Below, in pieces: positions 43,727-60,479 of a stretch of 64,000 nt of DNA (position 1 is the first letter of the stretch; every line of letters begins with the position of its first letter). The notes below the pieces were generated by a model that ran no database searches, was not told the origin of the DNA, and worked only from the letters and a program-made list of their open reading frames with translations. The DNA is taken from NCBI RefSeq assembly GCF_003704095.1, contig NW_020846127.1, forward strand, positions 1 to 64,000, given 5' to 3'. The DNA is from Pocillopora damicornis (Eukaryota). The translations under genes and the position numbers were made by a program.

Positions 43727-45220
43727 CTCTCAGCCTGAAGATGTGTTTATTACAGTTCTTTTTTATACGCGCGGAAAGATCGCGCAGTTTTACCCATCGC
43801 ATGAGTGTTTTAGCCCCCTTTTATCAATTGTGTCTTAGAGAAAAACACTTAAATGTGGCGGTATCCTTTACTGTGACCTCTCTGCCTTCATCTCGCGAGG
43901 GGCGCAGGCGTTACCTTCAAATTGGACACTAATTTGTGAGGGAGTTTTTTTCGAAACATCCACTAGAAAGTGGTGACTTTACCCTTACACAACTGGCATT
44001 TTCATCTTAACCCTGACGAGTATTCACAAGTTTAGGATGATAAAGATTTTAGTGTAAACAGAAGACAGTCAACGATTGCAACTAGCGGAGAGAGATCTCC
44101 GATCTTTGATACCACTTGATCGATGTTCTGTAATACTGACGACAAATATGCCTATGACTGTTCGGCAAACACACTATAGCAACGTTCTAAAGAGACAGAT
44201 TGCACTTTTGCTTAATCCTCAAGGAATTTCCCTCGTCACCACATCGCCTCCTTGACCATTTTTACACCCGTCCGAGATATTAGTACCCGAAAAAAGAGCC
44301 CGAAATTGATGTGAAGAAATATCGTTCTTAATTCTGGTAAAATTTACCTGAAACTCACCAAGATTGCCGGTTCCAATAATGCTCAGATCAAAATACCTTT
44401 AATCCTCCTCAGAGTACGCTTTATGGCTCGGTTCCAAATATGAATTCTGCTGGACAGGAAACATTACACCCTCGCACCCTGACGTTCACCGCAAGCACGA
44501 CAACCGTGACGCGATGTCACGGTTAGTCACGTTTTCTATCAGTAGGTAAGGAACTCTTATCCTGAGTGTGCTTTCAGGAAATGAAATGGGTATCAAGGCA
44601 AATGTCAAAGGTCAAATATGCTCTAGTCGAAGAAGAAAAAAGTGTCCACTTGTAAAAGAAGACCTCTCGAAAAAATGACGAGGTGTGTGACGACCGGAAA
44701 CATTAAGTACAAACACACGCTGAGATTTAACAATATTAACTATTTCATACATTTCTTGACAACTTAAGAAAAATATTCATAATCAATTAAACAGTAATTA
44801 ACTGTGTTTTCTATTACCTTAATCCATTTTTTAAATATCTTTCACCTTCACATTTGCTCCACTCACTAGTTGAACAATCGAAAATCTTAATTATCGTATC
44901 CGTTTCCCCTAACAAGTAACAGAATGTAATTCAAGCTGTCATTGATATGAAGCACAAGTATGATTAACCGGATAGTAAAGTGTGATCTCATAAGCATCTA
45001 AGGTAACAGTTCATGTTATGTATCTATATATAAACACAACAATATTGTCATGCAATTTCTGTCGCGCGACAAGCGTGACAAACAATGGCAAGAGCACTGT
45101 AACTTTTTAAAAATAATTAAGAAAGACAGCTATCAGTTTCCAAGTGATAACAAAGATAGCGTTTAAACTTTACTTTCAGTCTTGCCAATATAACCAAACA
45201 AATATATAAGTATTATATGT

Positions 45221-46201
45221 TCACACTGTATGGTTTAAAGCAAGTTTATGCTGTCCCAGAGCGGTATGAGTTTCAAAAAACCTTCCACATCGCACACAGG
45301 CCCAGTGGAAAAGCTCTTCACTGTGCTGATTCAGACTGACTTTGGACTGAAAGCTCTTAAAACAAACGCCACAAGTGTACAAGACATCTACAAAACGCGA
45401 TGGATCCCTCAAACGGCCGGTGCGAACGCAATAGACCCGCTGTAAAAACGCTTGTCTTTTTTTAAACCACAAGGTGGAGCTAAAATGGAAACCGTACTCT
45501 AAACCAGAATACTCTGACGTCTCAGAATTTCGGCGGCTGCGACTCCGCTCTTCTAGGCTGTCAACGCTTTGCTGTCGAATCCAAAGAGTGGTGCCTGCAT
45601 ACAATTCCCTTTGCACACGTGGCTCTTTGTGTCCACAGTATGGGTGGTAACGCTTCCTACGTCGTCTACGTCTAGACATGCTAGATGTACGACTGCCACA
45701 ATGCTTAACATTTTTCTCATTGTGCTGTGAACCGCTCCGGCCTCTCCTTTGCAAATCTTGTCGGGTTTTCCTTTCATCCTCTTCGTGATAAATTTCGACC
45801 TCTCTTGACGGAGTTCGCCGTGTTGTGATTCGCAAGTTGTCACCTTCCCACGTGAACGTACGGTTTTTTTCTGCCAGAGCTGCAGAACCATAGAGCAAGG
45901 TGGGATACTCAAAGATATTTTCCTGGTACTCAACTCTCTTAGTTTTCACATAGCGACATTTTCCAATCTTTTCCAGCTCTTTTAAGACCCACAGTCGCCG
46001 GTTGTTTAGAGTGAACCATTCCCATTTCTCGGGATAGAAAACAACCTCTATTGCAGGGACATCCTCCAACAGAATTTCTCCATTCTTTATCTGAGTGAAG
46101 GTCTCCGAGAGGGGAATTCCGTTGTCAAATTCCGATGCGAGTAAGTTCTTCGTGAAGCGTATTTCAGAAGGCTTCAAGAGGACCATGTACACGAAACTCA
46201 T
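45221..46201 (-). CDS. Uncharacterised protein with an N-terminal ParB/sulfiredoxin-like domain and two C-terminal C2H2 zinc fingers (~326 aa)
   Basis: LKPSEIRFT...F.NG..L.ET...VPAIEV...WFTLNNRRLWVLK; basic RRRRRRKR patch; CGVC..F...LNQH....H and CVRC..F...LGQH....H. First ATG at 46201. Confidence 0.75.
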   Translation of the reverse strand: MSFVYMVLLKPSEIRFTKNLLASEFDNGIPLSETFTQIKNGEILLEDVPAIEVVFYPEKWEWFTLNNRRLWVLKELEKIGKCRYVKTKRVEYQENIFEYPTLLYGSAALAEKNRTFTWEGDNLRITTRRTPSREVEIYHEEDERKTRQDLQRRGRSGSQHNEKNVKHCGSRTSSMSRRRRRRKRYHPYCGHKEPRVQRELYAGTTLWIRQQSVDSLEERSRSRRNSETSEYSGLEYGFHFSSTLWFKKRQAFLQRVYCVRTGRLRDPSRFVDVLYTCGVCFKSFQSKVSLNQHSEELFHWACVRCGRFFETHTALGQHKLALNHTV

Positions 46202-46722
46202 CTTGAAATTATTGCAATACTTGAATTCAAACGAGTTGTCAAACACATTGTACACGTGAAAAGATGGGCGCGAAGCACTCCCTGGGGAGTCTTGCAAAAA
46301 TGTACTCGGCAGGGGTGGGAGAGAGGAGGACAAAAGTTTTCAGGTTTTCATCTACTGCTCTTCATATTCACAGTCATCCCTTCTATTTCTCGTAGGGGAG
46401 AAAGAAAGAAACAAAACATAGTGAAAAAAAAATTAATCAGGCGACAAAAAAACCCCATGAGAGAAAGACCAGAAAATTAAATTCGTGAAAGATAATGTGG
46501 TCACCATTGATAATAAAACAACAAAGAAAAGGAAATTTTTAAAAAATTAAGTGAGTTTGATAAAACAAAAGGGATTTTTGATGAAACTATTTTAAGGTAA
46601 GGGGCTATAACAAAGGCTGAGTACATGTACACAAATTTCACCCGTGTAGGGTAGGGGTAAGAGTTAGTACCCAATCTCTTTCAACTTTCTCGGAGTTTGA
46701 AAGCTTCAACTAACAGTGTAGC

Positions 46723-49427
46723 ATGGCCAAAGCATTTTCGTTTCTTTTCGTTATTTTGAGCTATTCAAGCTATTTATCGATAACTATAGAGGTGGAACCA
46801 ACTCCTGAAGAGTGGGTGAATCCTTGGGATATGACTAAATACGATGCAGCTGCTAAAACCATTGATCACGGGGTGAGTTTTTTTATACATTTACTTCCGC
46901 GCGAAGACCGAATCCATCTTTTTAGCGTTATCAAATAAACAATTGTATCGCGTCGTTCGCTGGCAATGCTGGTTTTCTCCAGCTCAGTGCAGACCTGTGA
47001 CCTCTTAAATGAACCTGGTGAAAACGATGAATCGATTAGAGGGACGAGCTTTTAAGTTTGAGGGCCGGTTAGAGAGATCGTAGTTGTTTAATACCGGGCT
47101 AACCCACTATGAAACTGAGTGATTCCAGTTGATTATTGATACAAACTTCCACAATTTCACAATGAGGTGGAAATGTGTATAGTTAAAAGTAACAGTTGAT
47201 TTAGATTTTTCTTTTCTTTTGCTTTAAGTGATGTGAGTGCAATCAATTGGGGTAATCAGTTGTATCATTTTTCATCTTTAAGGACACTTTAAGTGGCCTT
47301 CCAAAAGATGGTGATTCCAGTCCTAACCACAATCCATCCATGAGCAGGCTTCAAGCACAGCTAACACAGTGTCAGAAAGATTTGAAAAAGCTGCCCGCTC
47401 AGTGCCAGGCATGTGCTGAGGAAACTGTTGCTAATGCCTCACCGTGTGAAACGCCACACTTTAAGAGGGTAATCAGAATCATATTAGGCAATCTTGAAGA
47501 TCGTGGTGATCATGATGTGACAATTACTGCTTCAAAAGATGACACTGCAACCTTAGAAAAATTCATCAAATCTGATGACGGAAACATCCAAGATGCCGCA
47601 GAAGTAGTCACTACTATCATATCTAACTTTAAAAGCAAAGGTAGCATGTATGACTTTAACAAATGGGACTCATCATCCTTCACTTATGTAACTAAAGAGG
47701 CAGTTCTTGTCCTGGCAGCACTGTTTTTTGTGCTCTGTGCTGCAGTGGTTTTTGAGAGGTATACAACTTTAACTTGGAGGAAGCAACTTTGGTGTGTTCT
47801 TTTCCTGTGCTTTGCTGTAAGTATTCCGTGGGAGTGGTACCATCTGTACAGAAAGGCATTTGCTTCTAAACAAGCACAGATGGAAAAGGAGATTCCCAAG
47901 GAGTGCCGGCCAGATCATCAGTTACGACCACTTGAGTCTCTAGTACTTTGGTTTAGGAACTCATTTACCTTTACAGATGACATTTGTATCAAATACCAGG
48001 AGACATTGCTTGTTGATCCATTCTGGGAAATCTCTCCCTCTAAAGTAAGTATATTTTCATTGAGGTAATCTTGGATCCTTTCTCTTCCAAGATCTCATGA
48101 TTAATTCTCATTCCTGCCTGTCACACATGTCAAATGATGTTAGTTTGGAGAACTTAGTTTTGGATCAACTAATTATCACCTAATTGATATTGTACTATAT
48201 TCTCATCTATGCTTGATATTGCATTGATATTTTAAGGAGAAATTCTGTCTTGATCACTCATGGGAGTTAAATGAATTACAGCAGCTCTCTAAAAAAACTC
48301 TTACTGCATCTCAAGCCATCTGTTTAGATTTAAACTAAAACTTGTTTATAATTCATATTTTGAATTCCAATCTTGGGGTCGGTCTTTTGTACTTGCCTCG
48401 GTTCTTGTCAAGTTTTCATAACATAAATTAATGCTGCGATTTCTGTTCTCTTTATGCACTGAAGATCATGGGATTTACTCTTTCAGAATTTTGATTTGTT
48501 TACAAAAATGTTAACAATCCTACACACTAAGCACCCTCTTAGAAATGGTGATGTCCATGCTTAACTTTGTGGTGGTTGTGTTAACTAAAAGTGACAAACT
48601 AATCATAATGTCAGATATAACTATTGAGTTTGGAATCAAGTATTGAAACAATACAGTTAATTGAGACTGTTTTAATCAAGGGGCAAATATGCAAAGCAAG
48701 TTTCAGATTGTGTTTAAATCAGTGACATCTATATGAACTCTTTCAGGCAATTTCTGCAACAGTGGCCAGTATCATTGCTCAGCCATTTGAACACATTGCA
48801 GAGGCCTTGGGCAAGAGTTTTCGAGCATTGTTCAGAGAGGTTCCATTGCAATGGCAGCCGTTTGTGTTTATTGCTGTAATCTTTTTAATTGTTGTCATCA
48901 TTTTCACAATTAGTGGATTACAAATAAGGCTGCCATTTGTAACAATCGCAACTACCACTGCCCCTGCCCTGCCTGGAAATATCCATGGAAATCTGCAACA
49001 GCTTCAGGACCAACTCCAGAATGTTGTGCGTCACTTAAATGATGTGCCTGCACAACCCAGAGGTGCAATTGATAATGCTCCCTTACAAGAGGACATCCAC
49101 AATCGTTTAGGGCAGGTTTATGATGTTTTGAATGCCATAAATGAAAGACAACAGAGATGGGGAGAGGACATGCAAAGAGCCCAGCCTATGATTCAACAAG
49201 CTCCTCAGCCAGCACCAGAGGGCCTTGGTCATGTGGAGGCTGGTGCTACTGTGGTTGGGGTACAGGAGGAGAGACCCGGGAGACAGCCTGTCTCAGAAAC
49301 ACACCCTGTTGCAACAACATGCGCTGTTACAGAGACACATCCTGTTTCAGAGACTTCCGATCCTAAAACTCCTGTTCAGAATATAGATACTGCTCATGTG
49401 AGGGATTTTGACTTCAAGGAATCTTGA
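46723..49427 (+). CDS. CLCC1: Chloride channel CLIC-like protein 1. Exons 46723-46872, 47283-48044, 48747-49427
   Basis: Signal peptide plus WVNPWDMTKYDAA; SIPWEWYHLYRKAFA; C.KYQETLLVDPFWEISPSKA; PFEHI...LFREVP..WQ. Frame is preserved across GT-AG introns. Confidence 0.9.
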
Positions 49428-50369
49428 TATATTCTTATGTAAGGTTGATTCTTTGCATATGAATGAATGAGATCAGTAAAGTTGTTCAATCCCTGCAAGA
49501 GGCTACAGGAAAGTGCAAAAGACCAACACTCTAATTTATTCCTGGCTTGTTCTGATAAAATTGGTTAGGGTGCCTTAGCATAGGAGTATAACTGGAGAAA
49601 TTTGACAAGTAAATAATCTAGAAGAAGTACTGTTAGAAGTACACTTACATAAGGTTTTAACAGCTTTAATTTTGTTGTTGAAATTCCACTATTGAATTTC
49701 TTTCAGTGTTAAATTAATTTTATGTAAGAAAATAAATAGTGATGTAGTCACCTATGAAATGTGAACAGTTCTCAACTATAATTCAATAAGTTGTATGTCT
49801 TCCTGTGATGTGATTTGTAACTCTCCCTACTGGTTGCCATACCTATTTTTGCTAGTTTGTTGAGAGCATTCAGTGTGATATCGAGGAGAAACCCTCTGGC
49901 TAATAAGTTTTCATTATTTCTTCACCTTAATACTGGGTAATGTAATGACAATGTAGGGAAAGTAACAAAGTAGTAAGTGCTGCAGTATAGTTAGTGAACT
50001 CAAGTGTTCAACACCAGGAATCTCTAGTTCAGCTCCAGGGTGTTGATCAAGAATCAAAGTGGAAAAAAAATTGCAGGTTAAATCTTGATGGACTGAGATT
50101 TTTTGTATATTGTGAAGTGAAAATTATGCCTTTGTTACTTTACCCTTTTTTTTCATTTTAGTGTTTCCTAATGAAAACCCTGCAACTCTACTGATTTTGA
50201 GATAACTAAGGTTTGAGGTTTTTTTTCAGAACTTTTCTGTTTTAAAGGAAAAAAATTTAATGTGACTGAGTTGTTACTCTCATTTGATAATCTCCTATCA
50301 GTATGCTAATGTAGTAGCTAGCTGAAGATTTTATTTACTAACCATGTATTAATAACAAATGTTCATACA

Positions 50370-54519
<4,150 letters not shown>

Positions 54520-54665
54520 CTTACAATAAATTTTCCTTCTCCAATCTCACGAGTTCCGGAAAAGTACATGGCACAGAACGGGGCGGGGAGCTGGGTTCCA
54601 TTTTCCGCGCAAAGGTCCACGGGTGACTTCATAAGGGCCGCCATTTTGCCGGGGTCTACTACAGG
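54520..54665. promoter_or_regulatory. Bidirectional promoter UROD/ATP5F1D
   Basis: 146 bp between divergent ATGs; GC box GGGGCGGGG (~54579-54589) and YY1-type GCCGCCATTTTG (~54637-54648). Confidence 0.75.
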
Positions 54666-57469
54666 ATGTTGGGATTAATTTCTCGTCAAGCGCCTCGTCT
54701 TTTGAGACAACCAGGATCTTTGATCTTCAGGAGAAGTCTCGCTGATGGTAGCCCTGCGGTTTCTCTTACATTTGGATCGCCTTCAGAGGTGTGTTTTGTA
54801 TAGAAGACACTTCTGTAACAACATGTGCACGGGTTACCACCATTCTATGATTTACAGATCTAATATTAATTTTGGATAATCTAACCGTCGTATTGAGGGA
54901 CTCTTTGAGGTTGAATGTTTATATGTGCTTGGAAATTAAATTGGATATTAGTTAAAATCATACAGTTGTTGAGGCGATGTGTCAAATTAACAGCTGTTGA
55001 TTACTTAATGTTATTCATCAAAATCAACACAGCTTCAAATATTAGTATTTCAGATGGAAATCTTTCGGAAGTAGTTCAAACATGTGTCCATTATGGATTT
55101 GTAGTGAGCCAGTTATGAATTACCTCTAGCCTTCTGCATTCATCACACTTCTACACCCAGTTGTTGAACAGCTCACAAATACACGTAAACTTTTGCCATA
55201 TCCTCTTTCTAAATGAATGTGTGAATACTCGCCCATCACACCCTAATATTGATAGATCTGCATATTCTCCATACTATTCTCCATACATTTCATAAGGTAC
55301 TGACAAAGAGAACTTGTTTAAGAGTCAAGAGCCTCTTAAGTTGGCTACCGTTTGATTTATTCTCATCACTGTAATAGTTGATTTAGTAGTGATACTGTGA
55401 GGAGAAGTTAGATTTTAGTCACTCTTAAGAGTTCAAGGGTTAAAGCATCTTCTCAGGATAATTGACTGTGAATGATTTTCTCCAAGTAAATTGAGGATAC
55501 TCCACATTGTGGTCATTAACTATTTGCTAGTCAAGAACAGCATTTTTTTCATGATTACATTGCATTTAAATTGTTTTGGCTTTTGGCCAATTAATTTGTT
55601 TCTGTTTTTGTTTAGTCATTTTATTCAGAAGCTGAAGTGAAGCAAGTTGATCTTTCAACCACAGCTGGTAGTTTTGGTATTCTGGCCAACCATGTTCCCA
55701 CTCTGGCAACTCTGCGACCAGGCCTTTTGACTGTGACTGATGAGGAAGGTGTTCATAAATATTTTGGTGAGTATTGAAAATAGAGTAATAGAGTTTAGTG
55801 AAAAATGGTTATTCAGTGTTTGAAACAGGCATATTCAGAAATAACAAACTTTTAGTTTTCCCAAAAGGAGTTGTAACTATGACCTTCTCATTGGTACTTG
55901 AGATACTCATGTTTTCCAGTTGTACAAACATGGCTTCCAGTCTCCTCCTAATCTGAGTCTACTCATGTTTGTCTTGATCATTTAATAATTCTTGTTAATT
56001 CAGGATTACTGACAAACTCAAAAAACAGTGAATAGTTGAAATATTTTAGAAATGTTTATTAAGTTGAGATAAGTCACCTAGATGTTATTAAACTAAAATA
56101 CCACAAACTCATAACATGAACTATTTCATTTAATCTTTTGTTCATTTTGATACTTCATTCCTGTAATATCTCAGTGCTCATAGGTATCTCACTTTGCCAG
56201 CAAAACTTTTTGAAGGATTTTAATCTCCTGTTTTTTAAGATTTTTCCAACAGATGGGTTTAGAGGTTTTATTGATTAACTCAAAATCAGCCTTAGATTTT
56301 GCACTTATATAAATCATACCAAAACAATGAATAGTTGTGGTTGGGAATATGATGTCTTGTATAACTAGGGGTGTATAACTGCATGGATTGTTTAGAGTTA
56401 ACTTGCTGCAAGAGATGGGGGCACTGACTTTCCTTTCAACTTCCTCTTTCCAGCAAGCAGTGGGACAGTGACCATTAATGCTGACTCTACAGTTCAAATT
56501 CTTGCTGAGGAAGCCCATCCCATAGACAGATTCGATCCACAGGTATGTCATTTAACCTTTTAAATTCAGGATCTGATTGTAAATTCTCCCCTCTAGCCAT
56601 CACGCATTTCCTTGTCAATAAGTTATCAGAATTTAGTGTCAGATCAAGATCACTCATACCTGATAAGTTTGAGTATTCTCATTACCTGTTTGCTGGGCAG
56701 TGTAGTGATAATAATTATTATTGGAAGAAGTTACATGTTACTCACTTCTGGGAATAAAAGTGTTTAATACATGTAGTTAGAACCAAACTGTATTTACTCC
56801 AGCAGGGAGAATTTCTTTTTTCAGACACCCAAATGAAGGACTCTGGCAATTCTTTATTTAAAGCTTGGAATTACAGTAGCATGTGGCAGTTAGAGACAAT
56901 ACATATAACCCTTTCACTTCCAAGATCAACTGTCAAATTCTCAGTGCCATCTGTCTTAAATTTTGCAAGTTTTTTTGCAATGAGAGTTTGATGTGAAATC
57001 AAACAGTATTCCTTTGTTTTTCTTTCTTCTCATTACCCATCTGGTTAAAAATGTTTTGATCCTGAAAAGAGAAATCCCCCCCCCCCCTGGTCACGCTTGT
57101 GGTAGTGGAAGGGTTAAGAGATTGAAATGAAAAGTTAATTTGGTTTTGCTTCTTTAATTGAGTGGTGGCCATATTTTCATGAACTACCTTAATCAATGAA
57201 GATTGTTACTATAGCTACTTTTTGCAAGTTCAAAGTACCCAACTTAAAATAAATCATTTAAAAAAATCAATATAGTAATGAATGTAGAAAAGGCTCTCAG
57301 GGTTCTTGTCATATTTAATAACTGTCTTGTTTTCCTTATTCAGGCTGTTACCCAACAGTTAGATCAAGCTCAACAAAGCTTATCAAATGCAGCAAATGAT
57401 GAAGAGAAAGCAAAAGCACAAATTGCAGTGGAGTGTCTAGATGCTTTAAATAAAGCCTTGGGACATTGA
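54666..57469 (+). CDS. ATP5F1D: Mitochondrial ATP synthase F1 subunit delta (4 exons)
   Basis: Presequence MLGLISRQAPRLLR; SLTFGSP, VKQVDL...GSFGILANHVPTLATLRPG, ASSGTVTINADSTVQILAEEA, AKAQIAVE. Confidence 0.96.
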
Positions 57470-60400
57470 TAATAACTCTTTACTTCTCCTTTTGTTTTTT
57501 TCTACTTGAATAAACTCTGAAAGGCACACAAGATTTCTACTGTGGTGGTGTTGGTGTAATGTTTGCCTCTAACCTGTAAAATCACCATTTGACAATGTAC
57601 TAAGTTTTATGGCCTCTTCATAGCCCACCACTATTCAAATTGCTTGTAGAGTTATTTTGTGTTGAATAAAATGTGATTAAAGCTTACACACACTCTTTGC
57701 TACCATCAAATGAATGATAATATTAATTACCATTTTGTCTTTCTTGTCTGGGCTTGAACATTACACTTTTTTTGATTGGCACTTAAATGATTTTGGAGAT
57801 GATGTTTTACGCAAAATACAACGCAGCACTTGTAATTGTAGGGTTGAAAATAGGCCTTTAATAACTACTGCTGTACTGCTTCCTTTCATTGACTCTCCAT
57901 TATAGAAACCCTGGCTAGAATTTTAACACCTCATTTTCTCCATGCAGAGGCAATAGAAATCACTCAATCAATTATGTCAACATTGCATAAGATGTCATTT
58001 GGTGCAATGGACTTTCTGGGGAAAGAGAAAAATGCCTGTAGTACAACTGGGCTCATTTCAGTAGTATCCCTTTGATCAGTCAACCCTTTTACTCCCAAGA
58101 TCTTGTTAGTAATTCTCCTTACTGTCTACCATACAATTCTTGTGATGCTAGTCAGAAGAATTTGGTTTCAGATGAATTAATGATCCCCTAATTGATGATT
58201 TTCTTCATTCTGATCACTTATCTGTTTGACATTTTAAGGAGAAATTCTGCCTCAGTAACTCATAACACTCTGGGAGTCAAAGGGTCAAAAAGATACCTGG
58301 TAAACTAAAATTTTAGGCCCATAGATGTGTATCTAGTTCTAAAAGCCATCACATTGTCATACCTCACTGCATTTTCCACAGCATCGGTATCATTCAACCT
58401 TCAAGGTAACTCAACTTACTTATCCACTATATTGAATATCAATATCGGTAGGATCCTGGGAACAACTAAGTCCATATTTCCCACAGGTCTTTTCGAGCGT
58501 AGTCTACCGCCATATTGCACTTGTCTGAAAAGTCTCATTGCGATGGATTTAAAGTTTGGATATCGGTTTATTCGTGTAATCTTCGTACTAATGCAAGCTC
58601 CAATATCATGAGTGTTTATGAGGAATTGACTGAAGTGTTTTGCCTAATTGCGGGCACCTAGGCAAGGATCACAAATTATGACGGTCTCCTCACATCAGCG
58701 ATTAATGGTAAGCTGGTAATTTTACGTTTAATTTGGCTTTTATTTGGATAATGTATTGGTAAATCTTAGGAAAACTGCAGAATACTTCGCTGTTGCACGA
58801 TCCTTCTGTTTCCTCCACTTGTTTGAGCTGTTATAAACGAGGCGTTTTAATGCAGCAGTCACAACTTTGTATTCAATGAAATGCAAATGAGCTTTTGTTA
58901 GGGTAATCTGCAGCTAAGCTATAATTTAACTGAAAGCGTTGATTTTATTTTTTGTGAAGCTAGATCATTGATTATGGAGCTATTTCATATCCTCACTGAG
59001 AAAAGCTTTTTCTAAAGAGATTTTTCTATAACCAAATACCATTCCAAAACAAAGCAATAGCTCCAAAGGGGAACTATTTTTTCCAGTCAATGGTTTCCTA
59101 TATCAGTTAATTACGCATTTTGAAGTATGAGGCTTTATGGGAATCTTGCCGTTTTTACTGGCTGTTGAGTCATGTCCAAGTGTGATTTAATTTAACCCTT
59201 TCACTCCCAAATCTCTTTAGTAATTCTCCTTACTGTTTGCAATACAATTTTCATATTGTTAATTCAGAGAATTTTTATTTACATTTCTCTTCATTATCAT
59301 CACTTTTCTGTTTAATGTTGTATTGGTAGTAGTGGGTGAAATTCTGTCATGGTTACTAAAGAAATTTGAAAGGGCAAAGTCTCAAGTGTTAGGATTTTTT
59401 TTTGGCTGTCCTATTAATATATACTGCAAACAACAGTACATAAGCTGCACCTTTTTCCCCAAATTTCTGTAACAGATCAGGGGTTAAACTTATCTGTGAG
59501 AACATCTGGAAATTGTGCTAGAAATTTAGTGTAAGTTAAACTATTCAATCAAAATTTTTGTCTCATCAAATGCCTGGCCACTATGTTACAAATGATGCCA
59601 ATAATTAACTAAAGATTTCCTCCAAATGTTTCTTTTCTGTGAATGCCATTTTTCTGTTGATGTTTATAGTAACTGACTGAATAATTGTTTGATTGACAGA
59701 CTGACCATATATCCTTGGCTCTCCTTTCATTTTTAAGAAATGTATCCAAAAAAACTTTTTATTTCCCTTCTACAAATTTGTTCTCAAACAAACAATGTAC
59801 AGCTGCTAAGTTTCATATTCATTGCCAATGTTCCCTTGATAATGTACTAAAAATTTGAGAATTTGAGAAATTTTGAATTTATTTATCAATTGGTATTTCA
59901 TCTTATTTTCTCCAGGTCAGATGTCTGATGAACAAGTGGACCTGAAGCTTCAAGAGCAGATTTATTTCAGGATGCTTGTTTTATTTTGCAATCCAGCTGT
60001 AAGGTGAACCAGATAAACAAACTCTTTTAATAGGCCAAGCTTTGAGTTGATGCAAGGTGGTAAATGCATGATGCTGCTAACTTAGCACAAAGCAGCATCA
60101 GTGCATGTGGGACATAAACTTAAAATTCACCTCAGACATGCAGTGTATCAATTTATTGTGGATTAAGGTGGCACTTTTAGAGTTTTTTTGGAACAGTTGA
60201 CTCTTCGATTTGCAATTCCAAAAAGGACCAGACTGCCAGATACTGTAGATGACTAGAAATTTATTTGAGGGAGCAATTTGTCACAAGAAGCTGTATTGGT
60301 GGTTTGTTTAATTTTAATATTTCCAAATTGAAGACTTACCAATTCACCATTGTTCTTATCACTACTGGATGAACTTGGGAACTGGTGCTGGGCAACATGT

Positions 60401-60479
60401 CTAGCATAGGGAACTGGCTACAACTGAGGTACCGTCAAGTGAAAAAAAAAGTTGAGGGTCCAATCAATCTGATTTGCAA

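Noticed and set aside
58560-60010. Possible spliced lncRNA or small-gene exons (donor ~58707, acceptor ~59915)
   Set aside because: Only splice-like motifs, with no ORF or homology support.
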